This document shows, in pieces, positions 8,201-16,258 of a DNA stretch of 21,665 nucleotides. Position numbers and translations under genes: made by a program. Within the stretch, counting starts at the first letter, position 1; each line of letters starts with the position of its first letter. The notes below the pieces were generated by a model. That model had not been told where the DNA came from. It saw only the letters and a list, made by a program, of their open reading frames with translations, and did no database searches. Origin of the DNA: a virus (taxonomy: Duplodnaviria > Heunggongvirae > Uroviricota > Caudoviricetes); the IMG/VR virus record IMGVR_UViG_2617270975_000008, one strand, 5' to 3'.

Positions 8201-8249
8201 GGAAGCAGAATAATAATGGTGCGTAATTAATTCTGCAATCTCATCCGTT

Positions 8250-9299
8250 TCAAACGATTAAATCCTGAACTTCCCTGACTGTCTGCTCAAAACGTCCGGT
8301 CTCCAGTTCAACGCCAATCGCACGACGCCCGAGCGCCAGTGCCGCTTTTACCGTTGAACCTGAGCCCATAAAAAAATCTGCAACCTGGTCTCCCGGACGA
8401 CTGCTTGCGCTGATTATCTGCTGCAGCATTTCTGCCGGTTTTTCGCACGGATGTTTCCCGGGATAGAACTGCACCGGTTTATGTGTCCACACATCCGTGT
8501 ACGGCACCTGCGCCGTCACACCAAAATACCGCCGCAGATGCTTATATTCACTCTGCAGCTCCACATACTGCCGGTTCAGTGACGTATACGTATCCACCAG
8601 CTGGTGGTGGGGCTTTTCCAGTTCACCGCGCTGATGTTTCTCTTCTGCCACCCGGGCAAACAGCGACTGTAATTTCAGATAATCGCTTTCGTTCGGTAGC
8701 TGCCACTGACTGGCACTGAACCAGTGCGACACCATGTTTTTCTTTCCTGTGGCATCTGCAATCTGTTTTGCCGTTATCCCCAGGGCCGCGCGCGCATCAC
8801 GAAAGTAAGAAATCAGCGGGGCCATCACATGCTGTTTCAGTGCACTGCCCTTCGCCGCATACCCGGCATCTTTCGGACGATACGGCCCCTGATAATGTTC
8901 CGCGAACAGAATGCGCTCTGTGGCGGGGAAATACGCCCGCAGGCTTTCCTTGTTGCATCCGTTCCAGCGTCCGGACGGCTTCGCCCAGATAATATGGTTC
9001 AGCACACTGAAGCGTTCACGCATCATGATTTCGATATCAGATGCCAGGCGATGACCACAGAACAGGTAAAGACTTCCGACAGGTTTCAGCACCCGCCAGA
9101 ACTGCGCCAGACACTGGTCCAGCCACTTCAGGTAATCATCGTCGCCCTTCCACTGGTTATCCCAGCCCTCAGGCTTCACTTTAAAGTACGGCGGGTCCGT
9201 GACTATCAGGTCAACAGAATTTTCGGGTAACGACCGGATAAATTCCAGGCAGTCGGCGTTGATTAACTCACAACTGGATATTTTTACAGTATTAAGCAT
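8250..9299 (-). CDS. Orphan DNA methyltransferase (beta-class N6-adenine or N4-cytosine; DPPY then FxGxG order)
   Basis: 349 aa; IVTDPPYF near N-terminus, FFMGSGSTVKAALALGRR near C-terminus; no adjacent restriction endonuclease ORF. Confidence 0.8.
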   Translation of the reverse strand: MLNTVKISSCELINADCLEFIRSLPENSVDLIVTDPPYFKVKPEGWDNQWKGDDDYLKWLDQCLAQFWRVLKPVGSLYLFCGHRLASDIEIMMRERFSVLNHIIWAKPSGRWNGCNKESLRAYFPATERILFAEHYQGPYRPKDAGYAAKGSALKQHVMAPLISYFRDARAALGITAKQIADATGKKNMVSHWFSASQWQLPNESDYLKLQSLFARVAEEKHQRGELEKPHHQLVDTYTSLNRQYVELQSEYKHLRRYFGVTAQVPYTDVWTHKPVQFYPGKHPCEKPAEMLQQIISASSRPGDQVADFFMGSGSTVKAALALGRRAIGVELETGRFEQTVREVQDLIV

Positions 9300-9391
9300 G
9301 GATCATTAAGCCTGTCTCTGATAGGCTCATTCTGCTTTTGCGCAAAGCAGTGGGCCTGAGGTGTGCTTGTGAACCCAACGCATGAGCAGAT

Positions 9392-9422
9392 GGCTGGTGG
9401 GTGCCCCTAACACCCACCAGCC
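9392..9422. repeat. Perfect 12-bp-stem palindrome (ggctggtgggtg / cacccaccagcc, 7-nt loop)
   Basis: Seen directly; no U-tract on either strand, so not a canonical intrinsic terminator. Confidence 0.6.
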
Positions 9423-9435
9423 GCCCATTTACCAC

Positions 9436-9463
9436 AAATAAAAAAGCCTTCACTGCGGAAGGC
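9436..9463 (-). terminator. Intrinsic terminator (gccttc actgcg gaaggc hairpin plus U-run on minus strand)
   Basis: Plus strand aaataaaaaagccttcactgcggaaggc; overlaps the stop of the small ORF 9450-9647. Confidence 0.55.
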
Positions 9464-9647
9464 GTCTGTAACAACCGAACTGATAGTCTGCCAGACCCGC
9501 CATAACCAGCTGGGTCAGTATTAACTGGCAGCGTTCGCGTGAAAGGTAAGTATTCTGCGCAATCTCCCCGACTGTCGCCGGGTCGTTAACGCTTAATTCA
9601 TTAAACACCACTCTGGCGGTTTCTGTCATATCCTGCTGTTTTAGCAT
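9450..9647 (-). CDS. Small hypothetical late-operon protein (65 aa from ATG; 94 aa if GTG start at 9734)
   Basis: ORF downstream of tR'; weak SD (AAGGG). Confidence 0.35.
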   Translation of the reverse strand: MLKQQDMTETARVVFNELSVNDPATVGEIAQNTYLSRERCQLILTQLVMAGLADYQFGCYRRLPQ

Positions 9648-9765
9648 GTCTTTTTCCCTTTTCCGGTTAACGTGACACACCAATAACTCTTGTCGAAAAA
9701 GCCAGCAAGCTGAAAGACAGGTATTCACCGCCACCAGCGCGTTTACTGTACTGACGCGATTTCAG

Positions 9766-9792
9766 TCATAAAAAACCCGCCAGGCGGCGGGG
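9766..9792 (-). terminator. Candidate tR' terminator downstream of pR' (cccgcc aggc ggcggg hairpin plus UUUUUU)
   Basis: Plus strand cataaaaaacccgccaggcggcgggg; strong GC stem and 6-U tract on minus-strand RNA, about 50 nt downstream of the candidate late promoter. Confidence 0.65.
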
Positions 9793-9840
9793 TGTAAAAA
9801 ATCTTCTAACGTCAGGCATAAAACGCCCATCGTTAGAGCA

Positions 9841-9868
9841 AATTTACCACAGATTCGGGAAAAATCAA
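9841..9868 (-). promoter_or_regulatory. Candidate late promoter pR' (TTGATT, 16-nt spacer, TAAATT) just after the Q stop
   Basis: Motifs on minus strand; position between Q-like gene and terminator as in lambdoid phages. Confidence 0.45.
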
Positions 9869-9873
9869 CAACA

Positions 9874-10695
9874 CTATCGCGTTACCCTCTTTAACTGCCG
9901 CTCCGCCCATGCCTCTTCAATGTCAAACCGAACCACCAACGTATCGTAAAAGCGTTTCACTGATTTTTTCCACGTATCAAGCGTGATAGCACTCGTCACT
10001 TTGCATATGGCATTAAATGCCTCCGTTGATGGCAGCCTTTCACAGCCACGACCACCACAACGCTGGCAATCTCTGATAACAGGCATACCACGTTTTACCG
10101 ACTCTTCACGATGAATGGCGACACCACGCCCACGGCAATCCTTACAGGCGGTGGAAACCTCACCCTTTCCGCCACACTCCGGACAGGCAACTTTTACCAC
10201 CTCCCTGACTTTTTTCCATTCTTCCCAGTAAGACGGATACACGCCTTTTGTGCACTTTGCCCACACTGGTGGCTTACCATCCGGATACTGGATCTTGTTT
10301 GTAAAAACCTCGCTTTCAATAAATTTTTTTCCGTGACAGCAGGGGCACTGTTTTTTGCTCGCCGCGCTACGGGCATAATCTTCAAACGCATACGAAGCCA
10401 TAATGCGCATCACTACCGGTTTTATTTCTGCCGGAAGTTTTCTCAACGCCGCCACACGATCGCACCGACTGAGTGCATAATCTGCCAGTAATTCTGTTGC
10501 CCGCGCCCTGTCATTCATACTGATGCCCATTTTCCCCAGGAACGCAGAAAACCCCATCTCAGCCCGATTCTGTGTCATGCCCTGCGCGGCCATCACATCA
10601 GTGATACTCAGCGCATCTTTTGACGTTGAGGCCGATGCATCGGTCAGGCCAGGGGATTTTGGGGAGTAGTATTTCGGTAAATCTTCCAGTTTCAT
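9874..10695 (-). CDS. Candidate late antiterminator Q (QuuQ-like by position) carrying four DnaJ-type CxxCxGxG zinc-finger repeats
   Basis: 273 aa; CPCCHGKK, CPECGGKG, CKDCRGRG, CQRCGGRG repeats; sits between rusA and the pR'/tR' signals; ATGA overlap with rusA. Family assignment is inferred, not recognised by sequence. Confidence 0.5.
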   Translation of the reverse strand: MKLEDLPKYYSPKSPGLTDASASTSKDALSITDVMAAQGMTQNRAEMGFSAFLGKMGISMNDRARATELLADYALSRCDRVAALRKLPAEIKPVVMRIMASYAFEDYARSAASKKQCPCCHGKKFIESEVFTNKIQYPDGKPPVWAKCTKGVYPSYWEEWKKVREVVKVACPECGGKGEVSTACKDCRGRGVAIHREESVKRGMPVIRDCQRCGGRGCERLPSTEAFNAICKVTSAITLDTWKKSVKRFYDTLVVRFDIEEAWAERQLKRVTR

Positions 10696-11072
10696 TTTTT
10701 GACCTGCTCTTCATGCATTATGGGGTAAATCTTCACCCCCATACGTCCACCAGATACTGGCTGACCACGAACGATATTGATTTCATCAAACTGCTCATCG
10801 TCCATTAACACTCCCGCATGCGTCAGCGCATCCAGCGGTGCTTTCAGGATATTGTCCAGGTCGCGACGACGCTTATCCGGTGGCTCTGCAATCACCTTTA
10901 TCGCCAGCCTTCCGGACAGGCTTAATTTCAGCCGCTGCTGGCGAACAATAAGCGCCACAGCCCGGCGATAACGCTTTCCCTCCTCCGAGATAAAATATGT
11001 GCTGCCACGGCGTCGCCAGTAAGTGTTCACCGTTGGCGGGTAAGGCAAAACAAATTCTATGCGTTCAGTCAT
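10692..11072 (-). CDS. rusA: Holliday-junction resolvase RusA
   Basis: 126 aa; conserved RRRDLDN motif and overall RusA pattern (YPPTVNTYWRRRG...DEQ). Confidence 0.85.
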   Translation of the reverse strand: MTERIEFVLPYPPTVNTYWRRRGSTYFISEEGKRYRRAVALIVRQQRLKLSLSGRLAIKVIAEPPDKRRRDLDNILKAPLDALTHAGVLMDDEQFDEINIVRGQPVSGGRMGVKIYPIMHEEQVKK

Positions 11073-12128
11073 TTATGCTTTCCACTTCAGAACACCCGAA
11101 TTTCTCGCGTGCATTAAAAAACGAATCAGCAACAACAGCTGGCTGCCGTGTTTTTCTTCAAAATCTTTTACCCCGGCGTGTAGTTCGCTATGGCATTTAC
11201 GGCACAGCGGAATAACAAACAAATCATCAGCCTTTGTTCCCATCCCTCCCAGTCCATGACCAATGATGTGATGCGGATCATCTGCCTGATTGCCACACGT
11301 CATGCATTTCTGCGTTTTTACCCAACGCGTGTATACAGGCATCTCTTCCCGTTGTGATTTCTGGCGCTGGAGATACTGAGCCGGTGACTCCGGATCAACG
11401 GCAATGCTGACCACCGTCTTTTCCTGTGGCGGGGTTTGCTGGTGGGCGTGAGGCAGCGGCGCAAGATTTTTTGTGCGCTGCTTCAGTATGCTGGTGGCGG
11501 TCTGCTCTCCCGGTACGATGTCGCTTTCACGGTACATTGAGCGGATTTTTTCCGCACGCAACCCCAGCGAACGACGTAATACCGCTTCCGGTAGCGCGTC
11601 CGCCACCTGATTGCGGACCGCCCACCAGGATAATTCAGCCAGCGATAATTCCCGTTCCTGCGAGCCATTCATTGCATGGCGTATGACGTCAATCATCCAT
11701 GCAGACAGGTTTTGGTGAGCAAGTTGCCCGAGTGATTCGGAGGTCTGGTCGCGCAGCTGGTTGTCGCAGTGCCAGCACAACACCATTGCGCCGGTACCAT
11801 AACGGTGAATGACGGTTTCACTGTGGTGATAATCGCCGTGTGGCCACTGGCAGGATTTAACATGGCGCAGTAACCAGTCAGACAATGCGCCAGCGCCACC
11901 AGCAGCACGAATCACTCGTTCGTCGCTGAAAAATGGCAGTAATGATTTATCCTCCGCCAGCGGCTGGCGAACGGCAGGAACGACCCCGGACGGCAGATTA
12001 CGCATGCTTTTCGGTTCCGGCTCCACCAGTACCCGGGTATTGTGGAATACCGGCATGGATTCACGGCCCGGCTTAACGATCACCAGCCCGAGTTCCGGTA
12101 CCAGAACAGGTCGAAGTAATACCCGCAC
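11073..12128 (-). CDS. ydfU: DUF968-type prophage protein (YdfU-like) with C-terminal Cys/His cluster
   Basis: 351 aa; C-terminal CMTCGNQADDPHHIIGHGLGG...CRKCHSELH; K-12 Qin-like neighbourhood (Q-like gene, rem, hokD, relE, relB as recalled). Confidence 0.5.
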   Translation of the reverse strand: MRVLLRPVLVPELGLVIVKPGRESMPVFHNTRVLVEPEPKSMRNLPSGVVPAVRQPLAEDKSLLPFFSDERVIRAAGGAGALSDWLLRHVKSCQWPHGDYHHSETVIHRYGTGAMVLCWHCDNQLRDQTSESLGQLAHQNLSAWMIDVIRHAMNGSQERELSLAELSWWAVRNQVADALPEAVLRRSLGLRAEKIRSMYRESDIVPGEQTATSILKQRTKNLAPLPHAHQQTPPQEKTVVSIAVDPESPAQYLQRQKSQREEMPVYTRWVKTQKCMTCGNQADDPHHIIGHGLGGMGTKADDLFVIPLCRKCHSELHAGVKDFEEKHGSQLLLLIRFLMHARNSGVLKWKA

Positions 12129-12129
12129 G

Positions 12130-12408
12130 TTACCTCCAGATGCGTTGCTGGAATGTGCGGGACGGACGCGGTGGGCGTTCGGAGTAAGGAAGCCTGACGG
12201 AGATTATCCAGTGACGATAATCGAGGCTGAGGGCTTTCTTAATCTCGTATCCGTGTCTGCGGTAGCACTGAATTAGCCACTCGGCCTGTTCTTCAGTGCA
12301 TGGGGGATGCTGGAACCAGTCAGATTTGAAAGTGCGGGAACGCCGCCCGTGCCTGCTGGCAAAGACGGCAGAATCATCAGAATTGTGTAATTTGGTATCG
12401 TGCGCCAT
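12130..12408 (-). CDS. Small prophage protein (Rem-like by position), start taken at internal ATG
   Basis: The 135-aa track ORF would contain the hok terminator; the ATG at 12408 gives 92 aa ending 1 nt before the ydfU-like start. Confidence 0.4.
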   Translation of the reverse strand: MAHDTKLHNSDDSAVFASRHGRRSRTFKSDWFQHPPCTEEQAEWLIQCYRRHGYEIKKALSLDYRHWIISVRLPYSERPPRPSRTFQQRIWR

Positions 12409-12480
12409 CGGTTGTCTCTGCTGGCGCAGCAGGTGCCAGTTGTTCAGGCTGGTGTGCGAATTGTAAACCAGAATGCTAGG

Positions 12481-12507
12481 AAAAAACAAAACCCGCCGAA
12501 GCGGGTT
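12481..12507 (-). terminator. Intrinsic terminator downstream of hokD (aacccgc cgaa gcgggtt plus U-run)
   Basis: Plus strand aaaaaacaaaacccgccgaagcgggtt. Confidence 0.65.
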
Positions 12508-12574
12508 AAGTGCGGGTGCGTTGAGGATGCCTGACACATCAGAGGTGGCGAGGGATTCTCCCCCGCCTGGTCTC

Positions 12575-12730
12575 TTACTCCTCAGGTTCGTAAGCTGTGA
12601 AGACAGCGACCTCCGTCTGGCCGGTTCGGATTCGTACCTCGCAGAGGTCTTTCCTCGTTACCAGTGCCGTCACAATGACGGTTAAACAGATGACGATCAG
12701 GGCGATTAGCATCGCCTTTTGCTGCTTCAT
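12575..12730 (-). CDS. hokD: Hok/Gef-family membrane toxin HokD (RelF), 51 aa
   Basis: Hand translation gives MKQQKAMLIALIVICLTVIVTALVTRKDLCEVRIRTGQTEVAVFTAYEPEE; below the 60-aa track cut-off; AGGAGAAG SD. Confidence 0.9.
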   Translation of the reverse strand: MKQQKAMLIALIVICLTVIVTALVTRKDLCEVRIRTGQTEVAVFTAYEPEE

Positions 12731-12801
12731 AGCCTGCTTCTCCTGTCAACGCAAAGCAGAAGTGTCACCTTCGGTGCGAAACAGAGATGTCATGCTTTGG
12801 T

Positions 12802-13089
12802 TCAGAGAATGCGTTTGACCGCCTCGCTATATACTTCCGAGCGTTCTCTTTTCCCAACAGAAATCACGAAAACGACAACTTTCTCGTCTATAACCTGGTA
12901 TACAAGGCGATAGCCTGAAGACCGGAGCTTAATCTTGTAACAATCAGGCATACCACGGAGCTTGTTTGCTTCAATCCGGGGTGACTCAAGTACTTCAACC
13001 AGCTTCTTTTTCAACTGTTCACGTACCGTCGAGCCCAGCTTTCGCCATTCCTTTAGTGCCCGCTCGTCAAAATCCAGAAAATACGCCAT
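12802..13089 (-). CDS. relE: RelE mRNA interferase toxin
   Basis: 95 aa, MAYFLDFDERALKEWRKLG...; matches K-12 RelE as recalled. Confidence 0.95.
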   Translation of the reverse strand: MAYFLDFDERALKEWRKLGSTVREQLKKKLVEVLESPRIEANKLRGMPDCYKIKLRSSGYRLVYQVIDEKVVVFVISVGKRERSEVYSEAVKRIL

Positions 13090-13328
13090 CAGAGTTCATC
13101 CAGCGTCACACGTACTGGCTTAGGATTACGAAGCCGTTCTTTCACTATCTCCACAAGTTCAGCATCTTCATCACTCAGGAGTGTCTGTTTGAACGGCAAG
13201 CGTTCATTGTCAGCGATATACTCGAGCATGAGACGAAGCGCTTCAGAAGGAGTTACACCCATTTTTTCAAGCGCGGCGTAAGAACGCGCTTTAAGTTCAT
13301 CGTCAATACGCAGGTTAATGCTACCCAT
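13089..13328 (-). CDS. relB: RelB antitoxin
   Basis: 79 aa, MGSINLRIDDELKARSYAALEKMGVTPSEALRLM...; overlaps relE start. Confidence 0.95.
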   Translation of the reverse strand: MGSINLRIDDELKARSYAALEKMGVTPSEALRLMLEYIADNERLPFKQTLLSDEDAELVEIVKERLRNPKPVRVTLDEL

Positions 13329-13340
13329 GTCTTACACCTC

Positions 13341-13364
13341 TTGTAATTACAAATGTCATTACAA
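13341..13364. promoter_or_regulatory. relBE operator-like palindromic TTGTAAT repeats upstream of relB
   Basis: ttgtaattacaa followed by atgtcattacaa, immediately upstream of the relB SD. Confidence 0.6.
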
Positions 13365-13658
13365 GTATCGCACTACAACATGCTTAGGGCAAGTCACGAA
13401 GGAAGTCAGAAAGTAGTCGTAAGAACGGTGATCACTGTCCGCTTTGTGCCAGGAGCAGCCATTGCTAAGTCCATCCTGTATTGTGCAGGTCAGCTCATTT
13501 TTAAAGAGTCCGGCCATCATCTTACTGGTACAGACACCATATACTTTGTGACGGTCAGGCTACATATGCACAACTCAACTTATTCATCTATTTTTTGCTT
13601 TAGCATGTCAGTGTTGCTTTCTCGTCGGCGGGTGAGCGGTGACCTGACCTGTCGATAA
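13353..13658 (+). CDS. YdfV-like small ORF (101 aa), possibly non-coding
   Basis: Length and position between relB and flxA match recalled K-12 ydfV; overlaps the relBE regulatory region; no clear RBS. Confidence 0.25.
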   Translation: MSLQVSHYNMLRASHEGSQKVVVRTVITVRFVPGAAIAKSILYCAGQLIFKESGHHLTGTDTIYFVTVRLHMHNSTYSSIFCFSMSVLLSRRRVSGDLTCR

Positions 13659-13810
13659 AGGAACGTAGCACGTTTTATGCAACACCCGCATGCGGCAGAA
13701 AATTATTGCCGAACGTTTACCCCTGTCAACAAGCTTTACTTTCTGAGGCGCGCCAGCCCGCTAGGAAAACAATCTGAACATCAAACAATTAATGACACAA
13801 GAAATACGAT

Positions 13811-13837
13811 TAAAGATTTTTTTGTGCATGCCGATAG
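13811..13837 (+). promoter_or_regulatory. Sigma-28 (FliA) promoter of flxA: TAAAGATT, 11 nt, GCCGATAG
   Basis: Close match to the TAAAGTTT-N11-GCCGATAA consensus. Confidence 0.75.
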
Positions 13838-13860
13838 TGCTTTTTTAAAAGGAGAAATCT

Positions 13861-14193
13861 ATGTCTGTCACAATTCAGGGAAATACCTCAACCGTTATTT
13901 CAAACAACTCCGCCCCGGAAGGAACATCAGAAATAGCCAAAATCACAAGACAAATTCAGGTGCTGACTGAAAAGCTTGGGAAAATCTCATCGGAAGAGGG
14001 GATGACGACACAGCAGAAAAAAGAAATGGCTGCATTGGTACAGAAGCAAATTGAAAGCCTCAGGGCTCAACTGGAGCAGTTGTTAAGGCAGCAGGCAGAG
14101 AAAAAGAATGAAGACGCGACAGTTCAGCCTGATAAAAAAGAAGAGAAAAAAGACGATACAAATACCGCTGGCACCATTGATATTTACGTCTAA
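13861..14193 (+). CDS. flxA: FlxA (FliA-regulated protein), coiled-coil-rich
   Basis: 110 aa, MSVTIQGNTSTVISNNSAPEG...; GGAGAAATCT SD. Confidence 0.85.
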   Translation: MSVTIQGNTSTVISNNSAPEGTSEIAKITRQIQVLTEKLGKISSEEGMTTQQKKEMAALVQKQIESLRAQLEQLLRQQAEKKNEDATVQPDKKEEKKDDTNTAGTIDIYV

Positions 14194-14207
14194 GTGACAG
14201 CCGTATT

Positions 14208-14230
14208 GTGGCCCTCATCGGGCCACTTTT
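14208..14230 (+). terminator. Intrinsic terminator after flxA (gtggccc tcatc gggccac tttt)
   Basis: Perfect 7-bp GC-rich stem plus T-run. Confidence 0.75.
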
Positions 14231-14280
14231 CGCCATCAGCCTTTTCTTTAAAGACATATTATCTTTGTATCATTTCTGAT

Positions 14281-16157
14281 AGTTAACATTACAAGATATA
14301 AGTAATGGACGCACTCCCAATTAGTCTATTTAAATCGCCACGAGTTTAACTGACAACCCATGATCAATTATGAATTGCAACTATTTCTGTAGTCACTTTT
14401 GTGGGGACAGTCCACAAAACTGCCAACTTCCGCTTCTTGCTCTTAGCGGACATTAGCATAGGCTATTTACCATAACGCCTCATTACGCGCACCGCCCAGA
14501 CTGACTCAGCGCGTTTCTGGCATATCCCCAGTAAAACAAGTAACAAACCACCCGAAAATGAACACCAGAAACGCGACTTAAGAATCTACCCTATGAATGG
14601 ATATGCACTCAACCGAATCGATCTTGGTTTCAATCTTTTTTATCGGGATCAGGCTTCTTTTTAGGTAACTTCGGGGGCTTAACTTGCTGATGACTTTGCG
14701 TTCGGCGCGTAAGCCAGGGATGGTCAGCTTTAGGTTTAACATAGTATTTTGAGCGTAAATCAATACGGGCATTATCCACTCGTTCATGGACACTCTTTTC
14801 ATCATCCAGTGGTATAGGCTCCGGGCCATCAACATACTTTTCCCAGCCCAGCGCTTTCCCGTCATACAGAACGTTAATTTCACCGTCAAAGTTCTCGCAT
14901 ACAGTAACAACCGAATGCCTAAGTCGATATCCCCGGCTCTCACTGCGTACCTGAAACGCACTGCTTTTGTACTGGAAAGTGAGATTTTTAGACAGAACGC
15001 GCTTCGCCTGTAGGCTGAAGATATAACCCAGTTCCTCTTCAGAATGGTGCACATCAAGATGAGCATTATCAGTAGTACGAGGCGACGTAGCGAACCGGTT
15101 GTTATAGGCTTCAATAAAGGTCGGCAACCATGCATTTGCTGTTTCAATATCACTGATATTCTGAAGCCGCATTTCTTTGACCAGCCTGTCCTGTAGTGTC
15201 TGATTGGCGCGCTCTACCCGCCCTTTTGCCTGCGGGCTGTTGGCATGGATTGGCTCGATGCCCAGTGTCTTTATCGCACGAGTGAACTGGGTCAGCTCAC
15301 CTTCCCGCTCTGGGTTATTTACCCTGAATATACTGTGTCTATCAGAGTAGAGAGCGAGCGGTACGCCATGATCATTAAGGTAACCCCGGAGGGTTTCCAT
15401 GTAAGCCCGGGTTGTTTCAGCAGGCACAAAACGCAACGCCATCAACGCACTGGTGGCATCATCAATGAAAACGATCAGTGTACATCTGGGGCCTCGATTT
15501 TCAAACCAGTCATGAGGTGAGCCATCAATCTGGATCAGTTCACCGTAAGATGGTCGTCGCATGCGGCGTTGATATATACGGGCAATTTTACGGCGGCGTT
15601 CACGCCATAACCCCTCTTCTATCATCCACTTTCTGAGAGTTTCAACGGATAAAGATAAACCGTGTATCTCGCGCAATTTTTCGCACGCAAACGTAGGTCC
15701 AAAATCAGCGTAACGGCCTTTGAGGAGTGAAATTACTGTTGCTCTGAATTCAGTAGAAAAGGAATTATTAGGACGCTTTCCACGTCGGTGGGAAACCAGA
15801 CCAGAAGGCCCTTCATTTCTATACCGTTGCACCAGACGTTTAACCTGCCGAATAGAAATGCCAATGCGTGCCGCAGCTTGTTCCTGAGTAATATGTCGAT
15901 TAATTGACTCCTGAATAATCTGAAGTCGGTGGAGTTCCTTATGACTCATCGTAACAGTCTCTTTGATCATGAAAAATCCCCCAGAGAATTGTCTGGGGAC
16001 ATTTTAGAATGGTTCAAAGGGGACATTACAGCTTGGTGTTAACACATAGCCTGCTTCTCCTTGCCTTTCGGCACGTAAGAGGCTAACCTACGTGTGTAGA
16101 GCATAGATATGGCCTCAGATTAATGTTAAGCGTCTTGCCGGACGCGTAATGTTAACT
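14281..16157 (-). mobile_element. Candidate insertion sequence carrying a single DDE (rve-type) transposase; 12-bp inverted repeats AGTTAACATTAC; family uncertain (IS481-like architecture)
   Basis: Exact 12-bp inverted match at 14281-14292 and 16146-16157 flanking the transposase; extra TAATGTTAA and TGGGGACA subterminal copies; no target-site duplication found. Confidence 0.45.
14630..15970 (-). CDS. DDE transposase (N-terminal HTH, rve integrase core; IS481-like)
   Basis: 446 aa; HTH ITQEQAAARIGISIRQVKRL; DDE triad candidates in IQIDGSPHDWF, LYSDRHSIF, KGRVERANQTLQ; basic C-tail. Confidence 0.8.
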   Translation of the reverse strand: MIKETVTMSHKELHRLQIIQESINRHITQEQAAARIGISIRQVKRLVQRYRNEGPSGLVSHRRGKRPNNSFSTEFRATVISLLKGRYADFGPTFACEKLREIHGLSLSVETLRKWMIEEGLWRERRRKIARIYQRRMRRPSYGELIQIDGSPHDWFENRGPRCTLIVFIDDATSALMALRFVPAETTRAYMETLRGYLNDHGVPLALYSDRHSIFRVNNPEREGELTQFTRAIKTLGIEPIHANSPQAKGRVERANQTLQDRLVKEMRLQNISDIETANAWLPTFIEAYNNRFATSPRTTDNAHLDVHHSEEELGYIFSLQAKRVLSKNLTFQYKSSAFQVRSESRGYRLRHSVVTVCENFDGEINVLYDGKALGWEKYVDGPEPIPLDDEKSVHERVDNARIDLRSKYYVKPKADHPWLTRRTQSHQQVKPPKLPKKKPDPDKKD

Positions 16158-16258
16158 GGGGCTTTTCTCTATCTGCCTTTTGGTGTTCATGCCTGAGACA
16201 GATAGCCTCAAGCACCCGCTGCAATTCTACTTAACTCTCCTTTTCCCGCAAACCGTTT

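Noticed and set aside
8483-9230. Plus-strand ORFs 8483-8719, 8724-9230 and 8768-8992 inside the methyltransferase gene
   Set aside because: Antisense artefacts of a GC-rich coding region; the minus frame carries the methyltransferase motifs.
9292-9474. 60-aa minus-strand ORF spanning the palindrome/terminator region
   Set aside because: Runs across two strong hairpins and overlaps the methyltransferase start; no RBS.
10111-11259. Plus-strand ORFs 10111-10491, 10620-10808, 10777-10971, 10997-11215, 11059-11259 and minus-strand 10194-10391
   Set aside because: Overlap or are antisense to the Q-like, rusA and ydfU-like genes, which have coherent coupled starts.
12130-12537. Full 135-aa form of the rem-like ORF
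   Set aside because: Its N-terminal 43 codons contain the hok terminator hairpin and U-run; the internal ATG at 12408 is more plausible.
11426-12818. ORFs 11426-11686, 11483-11668, 11693-11908, 12004-12276, 12473-12685, 12597-12818, 12719-12913, 12966-13346
   Set aside because: Overlap the ydfU-like, rem-like, hokD, relE and relB genes; hokD (51 aa) is the real gene at 12575-12730 although it is below the ORF-track threshold.
13677-14257. ORF 13677-13970 (plus) upstream of and overlapping flxA, and ORF 14060-14257 (minus)
   Set aside because: 13677-13970 runs through the flxA sigma-28 promoter and into flxA in another frame; 14060-14257 is antisense to flxA and its terminator.
14578-15520. 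ORFs 14578-15153 (minus), 14786-15013 (plus) and 15245-15520 (plus) within the transposase region
   Set aside because: Alternative-frame or antisense overlaps of the 446-aa DDE transposase.
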